Of a stretch of 64,000 nt of DNA, positions 26,882-37,241 are shown piece by piece. A model generated the notes under the pieces. The model saw only the letters and a program-made list of their open reading frames with translations. It did no database searches and had not been told where the DNA came from. This DNA is from Vulcanimicrobiota bacterium. Lineage in GTDB: Bacteria > Vulcanimicrobiota > Vulcanimicrobiia > Vulcanimicrobiales > Vulcanimicrobiaceae. The DNA lies in contig CAWETW010000004.1 of assembly GCA_963812155.1 (NCBI GenBank), positions 138,305-202,304 on the forward strand. The letters run 5' to 3'. Numbering within the stretch: the first letter of the stretch is position 1; each line of letters starts with the position of its first letter. Both the position numbers and the translations under genes were made by a program.

Positions 26882-28096
26882 ATGCAAATCGCTACCGCCG
26901 CACCGTCGCGCCGGACGCTCGAGTTCGGCATCTATCGCGACGGAGACAACAACCTCGACGCGATCCAGGAAGCGACGCTTTCGCAAGCGCTGCAGACCAG
27001 CGGCCGCGACGCGCGGATCGAGTTTACCGTCGAAGACACGACGTCGCTCCACGGCGGCGAGTTGCACACCGACGAGTTCACGATTGCAGACGGCGGCATC
27101 GGACACGTGCACCGGGAAGCTCCGAAAAGTATGAGCGACGAAGACACGCTCGCCCGGTTCGTCGCGCGCACGCTCGACAACGCCGAGAAAAACGGCGCCA
27201 AGCAGACGTGGATCGATCTGGTAGACCACGGCGGCGGTGATGGCGGCGGACTCCAAACCGGCGACGGCCGCTGCATGCCGATGCCGGCCATCGCGCAGGC
27301 GGTCGCCGACGGCATTGCGCTGCACGCGCGCGCCCATCCCGAAGATGCCGGCCGCGGCGTCGAGGGGGTCGTTGCCAACCAGTGTCTCATGGATACGATG
27401 GGATTTGCCGACGCGCTTTCGCGCGCGGGCGTGAAATGGTTGGCGGCATCGCCCGAGACGATGCTCGCGCCGGGCGTCCCCAGCGGCGTGGCCCACGCCA
27501 TCGCATCGCACGAAACCGATCCGCACGCGATGGCCGAAGCGATCGTGTCGGAGGTGATGAACGCTCGCTACGATGCCGGTGGATTGGGAACGTTTGGCCC
27601 GGCGGCCGCATTCGACGTTCTGGATCTCGACAAGCGCAAAATCGACGGCGCCGAATCCGCGATCCGGCGCTTCAACGACGAGGCGGCCACCGAAGCAAGC
27701 CGCTCGCCGGTTCGCGCGTCACTGCGCGACGACGTGCGCGCGATCGACGGCATGGCGCGCTTTCCGGGTGCCGGCAGCGACATGCCGTGGCATGCCGACC
27801 GTCCCGCGATGGCCGTGTACGACACGATTGCGGGCGACGGCCGGCTCGGCGCGACGCTCCGCCGTGACGCGGCGGCTGCGCGCGATGCGGTCGGTTCGCT
27901 CGTGCTCGCCCATCGCGAGAGCGACGACTTCCGCGCCTTTGGCGGAGCCGACTACGGCGATTGCGCCGGACCGACGGTGCACGCTCCCCTTACCCGCAGG
28001 CAGATCGATCCGTGGGCAAAGCGCGGCATCAGCGAAACCGACAACGCGTTCTACCGCAGCGTGCATCAAGACGCATTCGTGCGCGCCGTCGCGTAA
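26882..28096 (+). CDS. Clostripain-like cysteine peptidase (C11, clan CD)
   Basis: Y.DGDNNL, catalytic DHGGG and NQCLM, ASPE motif; AGGAGG RBS. Confidence 0.75.
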   Translation: MQIATAAPSRRTLEFGIYRDGDNNLDAIQEATLSQALQTSGRDARIEFTVEDTTSLHGGELHTDEFTIADGGIGHVHREAPKSMSDEDTLARFVARTLDNAEKNGAKQTWIDLVDHGGGDGGGLQTGDGRCMPMPAIAQAVADGIALHARAHPEDAGRGVEGVVANQCLMDTMGFADALSRAGVKWLAASPETMLAPGVPSGVAHAIASHETDPHAMAEAIVSEVMNARYDAGGLGTFGPAAAFDVLDLDKRKIDGAESAIRRFNDEAATEASRSPVRASLRDDVRAIDGMARFPGAGSDMPWHADRPAMAVYDTIAGDGRLGATLRRDAAAARDAVGSLVLAHRESDDFRAFGGADYGDCAGPTVHAPLTRRQIDPWAKRGISETDNAFYRSVHQDAFVRAVA

Positions 28097-28109
28097 CGGC
28101 GTTGCGCCG

Positions 28110-29090
28110 CTACGGTCCGTCGGCGCAGGCGTGGTACGCGTTCGAATACATCGGCTGGATGCTGTATTGCGTGCCGCCCAGGCCGATCTTCCACTGATAC
28201 GTCTCGCACAGGTCGGCTACTTCCGAGTTGTACGTGAAGTTGTACCACGCAAGTTTCGGACCCGGATCCGTAATAGATTCGAAGGTTTCGTGCGCGAGCG
28301 TCGATACGGTCGAGTTCGTAAGCGCACTCGCACCCCGGGATGCACGCGACGCGCAAAAGCTCACCATTTGGTAGGGCTCGATCGAAACGATCACCGGGTC
28401 GGAAACGTCCGGAAACGAAACGCTCTCGTGATAGGCGCAGAAGTTGAATCGCTTCGGGTGGTCGGGCGAATAGCAGGCGCGCGACCGATCGAAGCACGTG
28501 TCGCTGCCCTGCGGTAAAAAGATATGATACAGATTGGAGTAGCCCGCCTTATACGCGTTCCGCGCCAGCGCCGCATGCAGCACCGTGAGCAGGTCGTTTT
28601 GATAGAAAAGTTTGGTGTAGGTCGAATACTTCACTGAGAACGTTCCGCCCAGGGTATACGCGGTGGGCGGCGATTTCGTGTACTGAGTCAGCATCTGCGC
28701 GAACGCACTGCCCGTCAGATTCTTTTGAAAGCCTTCGGGGTCGCCCCAGCAGGTCTCGCCTCCCCCCTTGCAGTTGACGTAGACGTTGAACGAGGCTGCC
28801 TGCGTCATCAGCGGACCGCCCTTATCGTCGAGATCCGCGGGGTAGACGGGTTTGTGATCGGGGGCGGTATTCGGCTTGGTGCGACGCAGCGGCATGAGAT
28901 GATAGGAGAGCACGCGCGCTCGTTGCGCCATGTGGGCATCGTTTTGCGACACCTCGAGTGCGGCCGGTGCGGAGATTTCGCGCGAAGTGCCGCCAGCCGT
29001 GCCGGGCATCACCGGTTGCGATGCGCCGCAGGCTGCCAGAAAAGTGCCGGTAACGAGAGCGACGCCGGCGCGAACGAAAAACGATGACAT
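28110..29090 (-). CDS. Lipoprotein with Phi-1/EXORDIUM-like domain
   Basis: Lipobox LAAC; FCAYH, LAHETFESITDP, EVADLC motifs. Confidence 0.7.
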   Translation of the reverse strand: MSSFFVRAGVALVTGTFLAACGASQPVMPGTAGGTSREISAPAALEVSQNDAHMAQRARVLSYHLMPLRRTKPNTAPDHKPVYPADLDDKGGPLMTQAASFNVYVNCKGGGETCWGDPEGFQKNLTGSAFAQMLTQYTKSPPTAYTLGGTFSVKYSTYTKLFYQNDLLTVLHAALARNAYKAGYSNLYHIFLPQGSDTCFDRSRACYSPDHPKRFNFCAYHESVSFPDVSDPVIVSIEPYQMVSFCASRASRGASALTNSTVSTLAHETFESITDPGPKLAWYNFTYNSEVADLCETYQWKIGLGGTQYSIQPMYSNAYHACADGP

Positions 29091-29101
29091 GGGACCTCCT
29101 T

Positions 29102-31060
29102 TTAACGCAGATGTGGCACGTTGCTCGGATAGATCGGCCGATTGATAATGCGCTCGAGCGACGCCGCCGGCGCTTCGAGCGCCAATCGGCAGAAGCCGTC
29201 GAAACTCTCGCGAATTGCCTCGCCTTCGGCAAAACGTTCGTTGTCGCGCATGTCGACCTTCGCTTTCACGGGCAAGAAGCGCACGAAGCGCCCTTCGTCG
29301 TCTTCGCCCGTTTCGACGAGCCCGGCGTCGCCGAAAATGCGCAGCGAAGCGGAAATCGTGCGGTCGCGAACTTTATCGAGGTCCAGCTTGCCCGCGATGT
29401 CGGCGTTGCCGCCGCGCAGCACGCCCTCTCGCGCGAGCGAACGCATTGCGCGATAGATTTCGCGCAGCGTATGCAGCGTCGGCGCGTCGAGATCGATGAG
29501 GTACTCATTGAGCGCGCGATCGCTTTCGCCGTACAGTAAGTGAATCTGGGCCGGCGCTCCGTCGCGCCCGGCCCGCCCCGCTTGCTGATTGAACTCGGCA
29601 AAATCGAAGTTCAAGTGATAGAGCACCACGTGGCGCACGTCGGGCAGATCGATACCTTCGCCGAACGCCGACGTTGCGATGACGATGCGCAGCGCGCCTT
29701 CGCGAAAGAATCGCTCGACCTCGTGCCGGTCGGCCGTCGGCATTCCGGCATGATAGAACATCACGTCGTTTCCGACGTCCTTGCGCAATGCGGCCGCAAC
29801 CTCGGCCGCATCCTTGCGCGAGTTGCAGTAGACGATGCCCTTCTCACCGGCAGCGAATAGATCGCGCAGGTAGCCGACCTTGTCGCGCCGGTTGCGGGCG
29901 TCGGCGACGTGCAGATTCTCCCGGATGGTTGGATCGATCACCCATGCAGTAATGCCGAGCGCTTCGACGATCTTACGAAAGGCCTCGTCACCGGCGGTCG
30001 CGGTGAGCGCCAGCACCTGCGGATGTCCGAGCGCCGCGATTGCCGCACCGAGCCGCGCATAGGCCGGCCGGTGGCGCGACTCGTGCACGTGATGCGCTTC
30101 GTCGACCACCAAGAACGACGGCCGGCTGCTGCCGGTAAACGCGTCGCGATGGAACTCGAGAAACTCCGGCGTCGCCAGGACGACGTCCCACGCGCCCTCG
30201 CGCAGCGCTTCGAACAGATCGCTGCGCTCGGCGTTATCGATCGACCCGTTGGCACGGTAGATGCGCAAGCCGAGCGGATCGAGCGTGCGCGCGAGCGCCT
30301 CGTACTGATCGTTCGCCAGCGCTCGCAACGGATAGACGACGAGCGTCTTGGCTCCCGCCCCGAAGGCGCGCAGCGCCGCCGGAAGTTGAAAGCAAAACGA
30401 CTTTCCGCGACCGGTCCCCAGCACGGCCAGCGTATTGCGGCCGGCATCGACGCGTTCGAGCACGTCGCGCTGCGCCGCGTGCGGCTGCGACGTTCCGAGC
30501 AGCGCGCGCACGACGCGCTCGGCGTCGCCGTCCCACGATTCACGAAGCGGCGCGCGCCCGCGGTCGCGCTCGGCCAGATTCGCGGCGGGATCGCGTTCGA
30601 CGAAGATGTTGACGCCGCGATGCTTTTCGCCGCCGCCGGTCAGCGACGCGACGCGCGCGCGATACACGACGCCGCCGTCCATGGCGGGCGCGAGATGCGC
30701 GGCCATGCCGGCCCCGATGTATCCCAGCATGAGCGCGCCGTATCGAACGGCGATGGCGTTGGGGTCGTACGAATTATCCGGCTCGCGGACGAGCTCCACG
30801 TCGCTCCCGCCTGTTAAGCCTTCGATCGTGTCCTGGCGCCCTTCGAAGGTTACGCCTTTGATCTTGGTGTGAAACGCCTGCGCTTGCGCGATGCGCGCGT
30901 ACGGGTCGCGCAGATACTGTTGGCTTTTTGCGTAGGCGCCCTCGACGAACGCATCTCGCTCCCCCGAAGCCGGCGAAGAGACGCCGGATGGCGGTGCCGA
31001 TCCGGTGAACGCCGCGAAGGCCGCCTCGAACGCCGCCTCGGAGGGCGTCGGCGGCGGCAG
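29102..31060 (-). CDS. HIRAN domain plus RecQ-like DEAH helicase (start uncertain: CTG 31060 or ATG 31147)
   Basis: HIRAN: TKIKGVTFEGRQ, LVREPDNSYDPNAIAV, LGYI; helicase: TGRGKS, VDEAH, LTATA, ATSAFGEGID, QQAGRAGRDG. Confidence 0.85.
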   Translation of the reverse strand: MPPPTPSEAAFEAAFAAFTGSAPPSGVSSPASGERDAFVEGAYAKSQQYLRDPYARIAQAQAFHTKIKGVTFEGRQDTIEGLTGGSDVELVREPDNSYDPNAIAVRYGALMLGYIGAGMAAHLAPAMDGGVVYRARVASLTGGGEKHRGVNIFVERDPAANLAERDRGRAPLRESWDGDAERVVRALLGTSQPHAAQRDVLERVDAGRNTLAVLGTGRGKSFCFQLPAALRAFGAGAKTLVVYPLRALANDQYEALARTLDPLGLRIYRANGSIDNAERSDLFEALREGAWDVVLATPEFLEFHRDAFTGSSRPSFLVVDEAHHVHESRHRPAYARLGAAIAALGHPQVLALTATAGDEAFRKIVEALGITAWVIDPTIRENLHVADARNRRDKVGYLRDLFAAGEKGIVYCNSRKDAAEVAAALRKDVGNDVMFYHAGMPTADRHEVERFFREGALRIVIATSAFGEGIDLPDVRHVVLYHLNFDFAEFNQQAGRAGRDGAPAQIHLLYGESDRALNEYLIDLDAPTLHTLREIYRAMRSLAREGVLRGGNADIAGKLDLDKVRDRTISASLRIFGDAGLVETGEDDEGRFVRFLPVKAKVDMRDNERFAEGEAIRESFDGFCRLALEAPAASLERIINRPIYPSNVPHLR

Positions 31061-31064
31061 CGCG

Positions 31065-32384
31065 TTACGGCTTGGCTTCTTCCTCGCCGCCGGCGCGCTC
31101 GGCCGGAGGTTCTTCGAACTCGTCGAGGTTGAGGTTGATCTCTTCATGCCCCTGTTGGATTGCCTCGTCGTGCAGCCCGGCGTTTTGCGCGTCCAGCGGA
31201 TCGATCGACTCGGGCTCGTTCGATGCGAGCTCTTCCACCGCGACCGCGCCGGCCTCTGCCTCGCGCCTCTTGCGGTAGCGCGAGGGAGCCGCCGGTACGA
31301 CGGTGCGCGCCGATTTCGCCTTCTGGCGCCGGTCGCGGCGCGCGGCGACGATATCCTCGCGCGCCAGACCGCCGCGACTTTGCAGCGCCGTCGATTCCGA
31401 ACGCGTGCGCGAGGTCGCCGTGCGATCCGAGGCCGCGAGCCCCGCACGGCGCCGTTTCACCGCCGCTTCGAGCTGCCGTTTGCGGAAATTGAGCACGAGC
31501 GGAGCCGAAAAGAAGATCGAGTGGTAACCGCCGGAGACGATGCCGACCAGCAACGCGAAGGCGAAGTTCTTCAGGCTCGCGCCGCCGAGCGCGAGCAGCG
31601 CAACCAGCGTGATGACGACCGTTGCCAGCGTGTTGAACGAGCGCGTCATCGTCTGCTTGATCGACTCGTTGACGATCACGTCGTAGGGCGCGCCCGCCAT
31701 CACCTTGGTATTCTCGCGAATTCGGTCGAGAATGACGATCGTATCCATCACCGAGTAGCCGATGACCGTCAGCACCGCCGCCAGGAACGCGTCGTCGGCC
31801 CGCCGGTCGGCCAGCGCGTAGATGCCGATCATCATCGCAGCGTCGCGCACCAGCGCGATGACGGTGACGAGACCGAAAATGTAGTTCCAGCCGAAGCGGA
31901 ACGCGATGTAGAGGAACTGGATGCCGAGCGCGATGACGAGCGCCCACAGTGCTTTGATGAGATACTCGCGGCCAAGCGACGGTCCGACCGCCGTGATCGA
32001 CGACTGCGCTCGGTCTACCGGCGCAACGGTGTTGAGTGCGTTCCACATCGGCGCCGAATCGTTGGCAAACGCCGTCTGCGTCTCGATGACGAAGCCGGTT
32101 CCACCGGTGCCGGCGGTCGTGACGGACTCCTCGGTGAGGCCGAGCCCGGAAAGCGCTTTCCTCACCTGATCGCTCGTGGTCGGGCGCGTGAACTTCACCG
32201 AGATATCGGTGCCGCCGGTAAACGACAACCCGAGCCGCAGCATGTGGGAGGGCTGGAAGCCTTGGCCGCCTTGGAAACCGTGATAGATCATCGAACCCAA
32301 GCCGAGGGCGATGACGAGGTACGAAATCGCCGAGACGATGCGGAACCATCCGACGATATTCCAGTTCAGTCTGCGAAAGAGCAT
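31065..32384 (-). CDS. secF: Protein translocase subunit SecF with long C-terminal tail
   Basis: LGLSFTGGT, VGPSLG, IGYSVMDTIVILDRIREN, RSFNT. Confidence 0.95.
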   Translation of the reverse strand: MLFRRLNWNIVGWFRIVSAISYLVIALGLGSMIYHGFQGGQGFQPSHMLRLGLSFTGGTDISVKFTRPTTSDQVRKALSGLGLTEESVTTAGTGGTGFVIETQTAFANDSAPMWNALNTVAPVDRAQSSITAVGPSLGREYLIKALWALVIALGIQFLYIAFRFGWNYIFGLVTVIALVRDAAMMIGIYALADRRADDAFLAAVLTVIGYSVMDTIVILDRIRENTKVMAGAPYDVIVNESIKQTMTRSFNTLATVVITLVALLALGGASLKNFAFALLVGIVSGGYHSIFFSAPLVLNFRKRQLEAAVKRRRAGLAASDRTATSRTRSESTALQSRGGLAREDIVAARRDRRQKAKSARTVVPAAPSRYRKRREAEAGAVAVEELASNEPESIDPLDAQNAGLHDEAIQQGHEEINLNLDEFEEPPAERAGGEEEAKP

Positions 32385-33751
32385 TACGCCGCGCCCCCCG
32401 CCCTGGCGAAGACGCCGATGTCGTCCCGCTTGACGCCGTAGAGTTCGGGCGCCGTTGCCACGTCGTTATCCACCAGCGCATCGACGAAGAAGCGCGTGAT
32501 GAAGACGGCGGTCACCAGCGAGACGACCGTACCCCAGAAAAGCGTGAAGGCGAAGCCCTTCACCGTTCCGGTGCCGAGCATGTAGAGCACGCCTGCGCCG
32601 ACGATGGTCGTGAAGTGACTGTCGAAGACCGCCGAAAACGCGCGCTGGAAGCCGACGCGCACGGCCGCGCGCATGGACTTTCCGTTCCACAGTTCTTCTT
32701 TGATGCGCTCGAAGATCAGCACGTTGGCGTCGACGGCCATGCCGATGGAAAGCACGAAACCGGCGATGCCGGGCAGCGTGAGCGTCGCGTGCGAGACGGC
32801 GAGAATCGCCATCATCACGAGCACGTAGATCGCCAGCGCGAGGTCGGCGAGCAATCCCGGCAGACGATAGACGAGGATCATAAAGATGAGGACGAGCGCG
32901 AGCCCCAGGATCGACGCTTGCAGCGACTGCACGAGATCGATTTTGCCGAGCGTCGGTCCGATCGTTTCCTTCTCGACGATTTTCGTCGTCACCGGAAGCG
33001 CACCGGCGTTCAACTCGTTGGCAAGCGTCACCGTCTGCTCTTGAGTAAACGCGCCGTGGATCTCCCCGCTGTCGAAAATTGCGCCCTGAATCACGGGCGC
33101 CTCAACGTAACGATGGTCGAGAAAGATGCCCAAGAACTTGCCGAGGTTCGCCGTCGTCAGCTTCCCGAACTTGGCGGGATCCTTCGTCTGGAACAGTACG
33201 TTGGGCTGACCGCTTTGATCGAAGCCGGCCTGCGCCGCTTTGAGATCCTTGCCCGAATAGACGACGTTTCCGCTCGCCGCGTACGCGCCTTGCGCAACGT
33301 AGGCTTCGGCCTGCGCTTTGTCTTTGGCGGGTGCGTTGGGGCTGGCGAGCACGGCGAGTGCGGCCTGCGCCCGCTGCTCGACTTGCGGCGGAACGATCTT
33401 GTAATCGAGCACGGCGACTTCTTTGAGCACGCGCTCCGCTTCGTCAGGATTCTTGACGTTCGGAAGTTCGACCAAGATGCGGTCGCTGCCGACGTTGCTG
33501 ATCGACGGCTCCGCCACGCCGAGCCCGTTGATGCGCCGGTCGATGACCTCGCGCGTCTGGGCCTGCACCTGCGTGGTGATGACGGGGACCTCGGGCGTGG
33601 GATAGAGCTGCAGCAACAGACGCGATCCGCCTTGGAGATCGAGCCCCAAGTGAATTTTCTGCTGCACGGGTAAGACCGCCCAGATCGAAAGGGCGATGAC
33701 GGCGAGGATGACCAGCGCCTTGAATGGCGTCTTGAGCGTGTTCCAGTTCAT
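32384..33751 (-). CDS. secD: Protein translocase subunit SecD
   Basis: LGLDLQGG, RINGLGVAEP, GALP, LTLPGIAG..LSIGMAVDANVLIFERIKEE. Confidence 0.97.
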   Translation of the reverse strand: MNWNTLKTPFKALVILAVIALSIWAVLPVQQKIHLGLDLQGGSRLLLQLYPTPEVPVITTQVQAQTREVIDRRINGLGVAEPSISNVGSDRILVELPNVKNPDEAERVLKEVAVLDYKIVPPQVEQRAQAALAVLASPNAPAKDKAQAEAYVAQGAYAASGNVVYSGKDLKAAQAGFDQSGQPNVLFQTKDPAKFGKLTTANLGKFLGIFLDHRYVEAPVIQGAIFDSGEIHGAFTQEQTVTLANELNAGALPVTTKIVEKETIGPTLGKIDLVQSLQASILGLALVLIFMILVYRLPGLLADLALAIYVLVMMAILAVSHATLTLPGIAGFVLSIGMAVDANVLIFERIKEELWNGKSMRAAVRVGFQRAFSAVFDSHFTTIVGAGVLYMLGTGTVKGFAFTLFWGTVVSLVTAVFITRFFVDALVDNDVATAPELYGVKRDDIGVFARAGGAA

Positions 33752-33880
33752 AGGCGTCCGAAGAGAGCGGTGCAAACAAAAGGCCCGTACGGATTCTCGC
33801 CGGGCCGGAGGACCTTAACGTTCAGCCGTGACCAGCCCTGCCGCGGCGGTCAAACGCCGGAGGCATGAGGCAGGAGCGGC

Positions 33881-34108
33881 CTACCGAGCGCAGTTCTTCG
33901 GGGCCGGCTTCGCTTGGCGCGAGGGAGCGTGCGCCGGCTTGGGACAAGCCGCCCGCGACACACGTCCGGGAAGGCGGCCGATGGCATATTGCTCGACGGT
34001 CATGCCGCTTGCCGCTCCCAATGCCGAACGGCTGGGCAGCGAACTATAGAGGGTGCTGCACCCCGAGAGCATTGCGGCAAGGACGAGTAGGGTGAGCGAG
34101 CGGCGCAT
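33881..34108 (-). CDS. Small putative lipoprotein
   Basis: Lipobox LSGC; GGAGGA RBS. Confidence 0.55.
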   Translation of the reverse strand: MRRSLTLLVLAAMLSGCSTLYSSLPSRSALGAASGMTVEQYAIGRLPGRVSRAACPKPAHAPSRQAKPAPKNCAR

Positions 34109-34185
34109 CGCGCAATTCCTCCGAAGCGGCTAACTGCGGGAACATCCAAGTCTTTCCCTCCTCGGGGCGCGCAAACGAGGGCCGG

Positions 34186-36231
34186 TCATCGCGACATTGC
34201 CGGCAGCGCCGGCTCGCCGAATACCTCGCACGGACGCAGTTCGAGTTCGGACGGAAGTTCGGCATAGGCGTAGACCGGCACGCGCAGTCCCGATCCCAGC
34301 ACAAAATCTGCGAGCATCGGACGCAGCGCCGCAGTGCACACGATCGCGCAACGCTCGCGCGCCGTGCGCGCGGCGTACCGCTCGATGCTTTCGCGAAGCG
34401 CGGCGAGTGCGGTGGGCGCAATCGAAGCGGCGGCCTGACCGCTCCAATTCGCGACGAGCCGTCGCTCGAACTCGGCGTCGAAGATGGCCGGTTCGAGCGA
34501 TGCGAGGTCGCGCGTCCGCAACAGATTCGGGACGATCGCGCGACGTGCCGATTCGGCGAGTTCGCGCGGATCGCGGGTTGCGGCCTCGAGCATCGCTTCC
34601 AACAAACGCACCGGGTCGCGCGGCCAAATGCCTTCGCGCAGCAACAACCCGAACGCACGATGCACGCATCCGATCGGCAGCGCATCGCCGCCGATCTCTT
34701 TGACCAGCGCGGGAACGCTCGACCGAAGATGCTCGAGCAGTGTCTGCAACTCTTGTCGGCCGACGAGTTCGGCAGCGTAGCTGCGAGCGATCTCGGCCAG
34801 GTGCGAACCGAGCACCGAGATGGGATCGAATACGAGCGCGCCGGCGTTGACGGCGCGCTCGCGCATTGCCGGTGCGATCCATGCCGCCGGCAAGCCGTAC
34901 ACCGGCTCGCGTTCGACGGTCGAGGCGATTGCCTGCAACACCGCTTCATCGGCGACGGCCAGCACGCGCTCCAAATCGAGGCGGCCTTGCGCGACCGTTC
35001 GGCCGCGCACGGCAATGGCGTAGACATCGGGCTCGAGCGCGAGCTGGTCGCGCAGCCGCACGCCGGGCAACACGACGCCGATATCGGCCGCAAGCGCGCG
35101 CCGCACTTCGCCGATGCGATCGAGCAGCGCGTCGGATAACGGCGCAACGAGAAGCCTCGCGACGTCGCCACCCATTTCGACGGCGATCGCGTCGACGCCG
35201 ACGAGCGCGAGGGCGAGTTCCGGCCGCCGCATGACGGTGCGGCGTGCGCGCTCTCGATCGAATGCTTCGATCGACCGCTCACGTTGCCGCCGCCGTTGCG
35301 CTGCGTGCGCGACGAAAAACGCACCGGCGCCCAGCACGAGAAACACTGGACGCGGCAGCGCCGGCACGAGCGCCAGCGCGAGCAGCAAACCTCCGGCGCT
35401 GCGCAACACATCGGGTCGCGCAAAGAGTTGCGCGGCGAGGTCGGCGCCGAGCGCGCCGTCGGAGGCCACGCGCGTCACCATCATGCCCATCGCCGTCGAG
35501 ATGAGGAACGCCGGAAGCGTCGTGACGAGAGCGTTGCCGATCGAGAGCAGCGCGAACGTGTTGAGGGCGTCCAGAGGCGCCAGACCGTGATAGGCCACGC
35601 CGACGACGAGCCCGCCCGCCAGGTTCAGCGCGACGATAACGAGCGCGGCGACCGCATCGCCTTTGACGAATTTCCCGGCGCCGTCCATCGCACCGTAGAA
35701 ATCGGCCTCCCGTTGCACGGCATCGCGCTTGGCTCTTGCATTGGCGGCGTCGAGGGCGCCGGCGTGCACGTCGGCATCGATCGCCATTTGTTTTCCCGGC
35801 ATGGCATCGAGCGTGAACCGCGCTGCCACCTCGGCCACGCGCTGAGACCCGCTTGCAATAACGACGAACTGAATCGTCACCAGGATTGCAAAGACGATTA
35901 CGCCGACCACGAGATTGCCGTGCACGACGAAGGCGCCGAACGCCGGAATGATGCTTCCCACGGCGCCGGGCGTGGCTCCGGCGGTCAGGATCAGCCGCGT
36001 CGCCGAGACGTCGAGCGAGAGCCGGAAGAGCGTCGCCACCAGCAGCGCCGGTGCGAACGCGGAGAACTCCAGCGGATCGTCGACCGTGACCGCCAGCAGC
36101 AGCACGAGCGCGGATCCAAAGATGTTGATGCCGAGGAGCACGTCGAGCAGCGTGGGCGGCAACGGAACGATGAGAATCGCGACGACGCCCAGCAGCAGCG
36201 CTGCAAATGCGTAGACGGGAAGGCGCGTCAC
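34186..36231 (-). CDS. flhA: Flagellar export apparatus protein FlhA
   Basis: LFRLSLDVSATRLIL, RVAEVAARFTLDAMPGKQMAIDAD, FYGAMDGA.KFVKGDA; GTG 36231. Confidence 0.95.
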   Translation of the reverse strand: MTRLPVYAFAALLLGVVAILIVPLPPTLLDVLLGINIFGSALVLLLAVTVDDPLEFSAFAPALLVATLFRLSLDVSATRLILTAGATPGAVGSIIPAFGAFVVHGNLVVGVIVFAILVTIQFVVIASGSQRVAEVAARFTLDAMPGKQMAIDADVHAGALDAANARAKRDAVQREADFYGAMDGAGKFVKGDAVAALVIVALNLAGGLVVGVAYHGLAPLDALNTFALLSIGNALVTTLPAFLISTAMGMMVTRVASDGALGADLAAQLFARPDVLRSAGGLLLALALVPALPRPVFLVLGAGAFFVAHAAQRRRQRERSIEAFDRERARRTVMRRPELALALVGVDAIAVEMGGDVARLLVAPLSDALLDRIGEVRRALAADIGVVLPGVRLRDQLALEPDVYAIAVRGRTVAQGRLDLERVLAVADEAVLQAIASTVEREPVYGLPAAWIAPAMRERAVNAGALVFDPISVLGSHLAEIARSYAAELVGRQELQTLLEHLRSSVPALVKEIGGDALPIGCVHRAFGLLLREGIWPRDPVRLLEAMLEAATRDPRELAESARRAIVPNLLRTRDLASLEPAIFDAEFERRLVANWSGQAAASIAPTALAALRESIERYAARTARERCAIVCTAALRPMLADFVLGSGLRVPVYAYAELPSELELRPCEVFGEPALPAMSR

Positions 36232-37241
36232 GGCGCGGCTTTGCGAGTGCGGCGCAACGCCGCAACGATTTCCGCGACGGCGACGTAGTGCGCGCGCGCA
36301 ATCGGTTCGCCGATCGCACCGTCGCGGTAGAGTGCGCGCGCCAACGGCGCGTTCTCGACGATTGCGACGTTGAACCGTTCGGCCAACGAACGCACGCGCC
36401 GCGCCGTTTCGCCGGCGGCGCGGACGGTGACGACGGGCACGCACACCTTCGGCGGTCCGTACTCGAGCGCCACCGCAACGTGCGTCGGATTGACGACGAC
36501 GAACGACGCTTCCTTGACCAGCGCAATCGCGCCGCGCGAGAGCGAACGGTGCAGCGCGCGCCGGCGGCCGCGCGCGAGCGGATCGCCTTCCTGTTCCTTG
36601 GCCTCCCGGCGACGTTCGTCGAAACTCATGCGCAGTTTGCGAAGCCACGCGTTGCGCGCCGTGGCGTACTCGGCAAACGCAAACATCAGGCCGGTCGCGA
36701 CGGCAGCCAAGGCAACGCGTCCGGTCGCGCGCCACGCCACGGCGGCTGACGCAGCGGCGTTCGACGCGGCCGTCAGCCGCGAAGCGGCTTCAATGAATGC
36801 GGGCACCATGGCGGCGGTCGCGACCGCGAATGCGACGGCCGCCCGGCCGGCGTGCGCGAACGTCTCGCGCGAGACGATGCGCTTGCAGCCTGCGACCGGA
36901 TCGAGACGTTCCAGTTTGATGCTCGGTGCGTGAAAACGCAATCCGCCGGCCTGGACGACCGTCGCTGCGACGGCCGCCATTGCCGCGCACGCCGTCGGAA
37001 CCATCGCGCAGGCCGCCGCGGCTGCGGCAAACATCCAGGCCCCGTCGCCGCGTGCCGAGGCGACGATCGCCCGCCCCGCAATCGCCGCAAAGAACGGCGC
37101 GACGCCGCCAACCGCAAGTGCTGCCGCTGCGAACGCGAGATTCGCGCCGAGCTCTCCGGATCGCGCGACGTCACCTTCGCGCTTGGCTCGTTCGATGCGC
37201 GCAGGCGTCGCCTCGAAAGCCTTCTCCCCATCGCCGCTCAT
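36228..37241 (-). CDS. flhB: Flagellar export switch protein FlhB
   Basis: EK..EATP.R...A.REG.V.RS, E.KEQEGDP, autocleavage motif NPTH. Confidence 0.93.
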   Translation of the reverse strand: MSGDGEKAFEATPARIERAKREGDVARSGELGANLAFAAAALAVGGVAPFFAAIAGRAIVASARGDGAWMFAAAAAACAMVPTACAAMAAVAATVVQAGGLRFHAPSIKLERLDPVAGCKRIVSRETFAHAGRAAVAFAVATAAMVPAFIEAASRLTAASNAAASAAVAWRATGRVALAAVATGLMFAFAEYATARNAWLRKLRMSFDERRREAKEQEGDPLARGRRRALHRSLSRGAIALVKEASFVVVNPTHVAVALEYGPPKVCVPVVTVRAAGETARRVRSLAERFNVAIVENAPLARALYRDGAIGEPIARAHYVAVAEIVAALRRTRKAAP

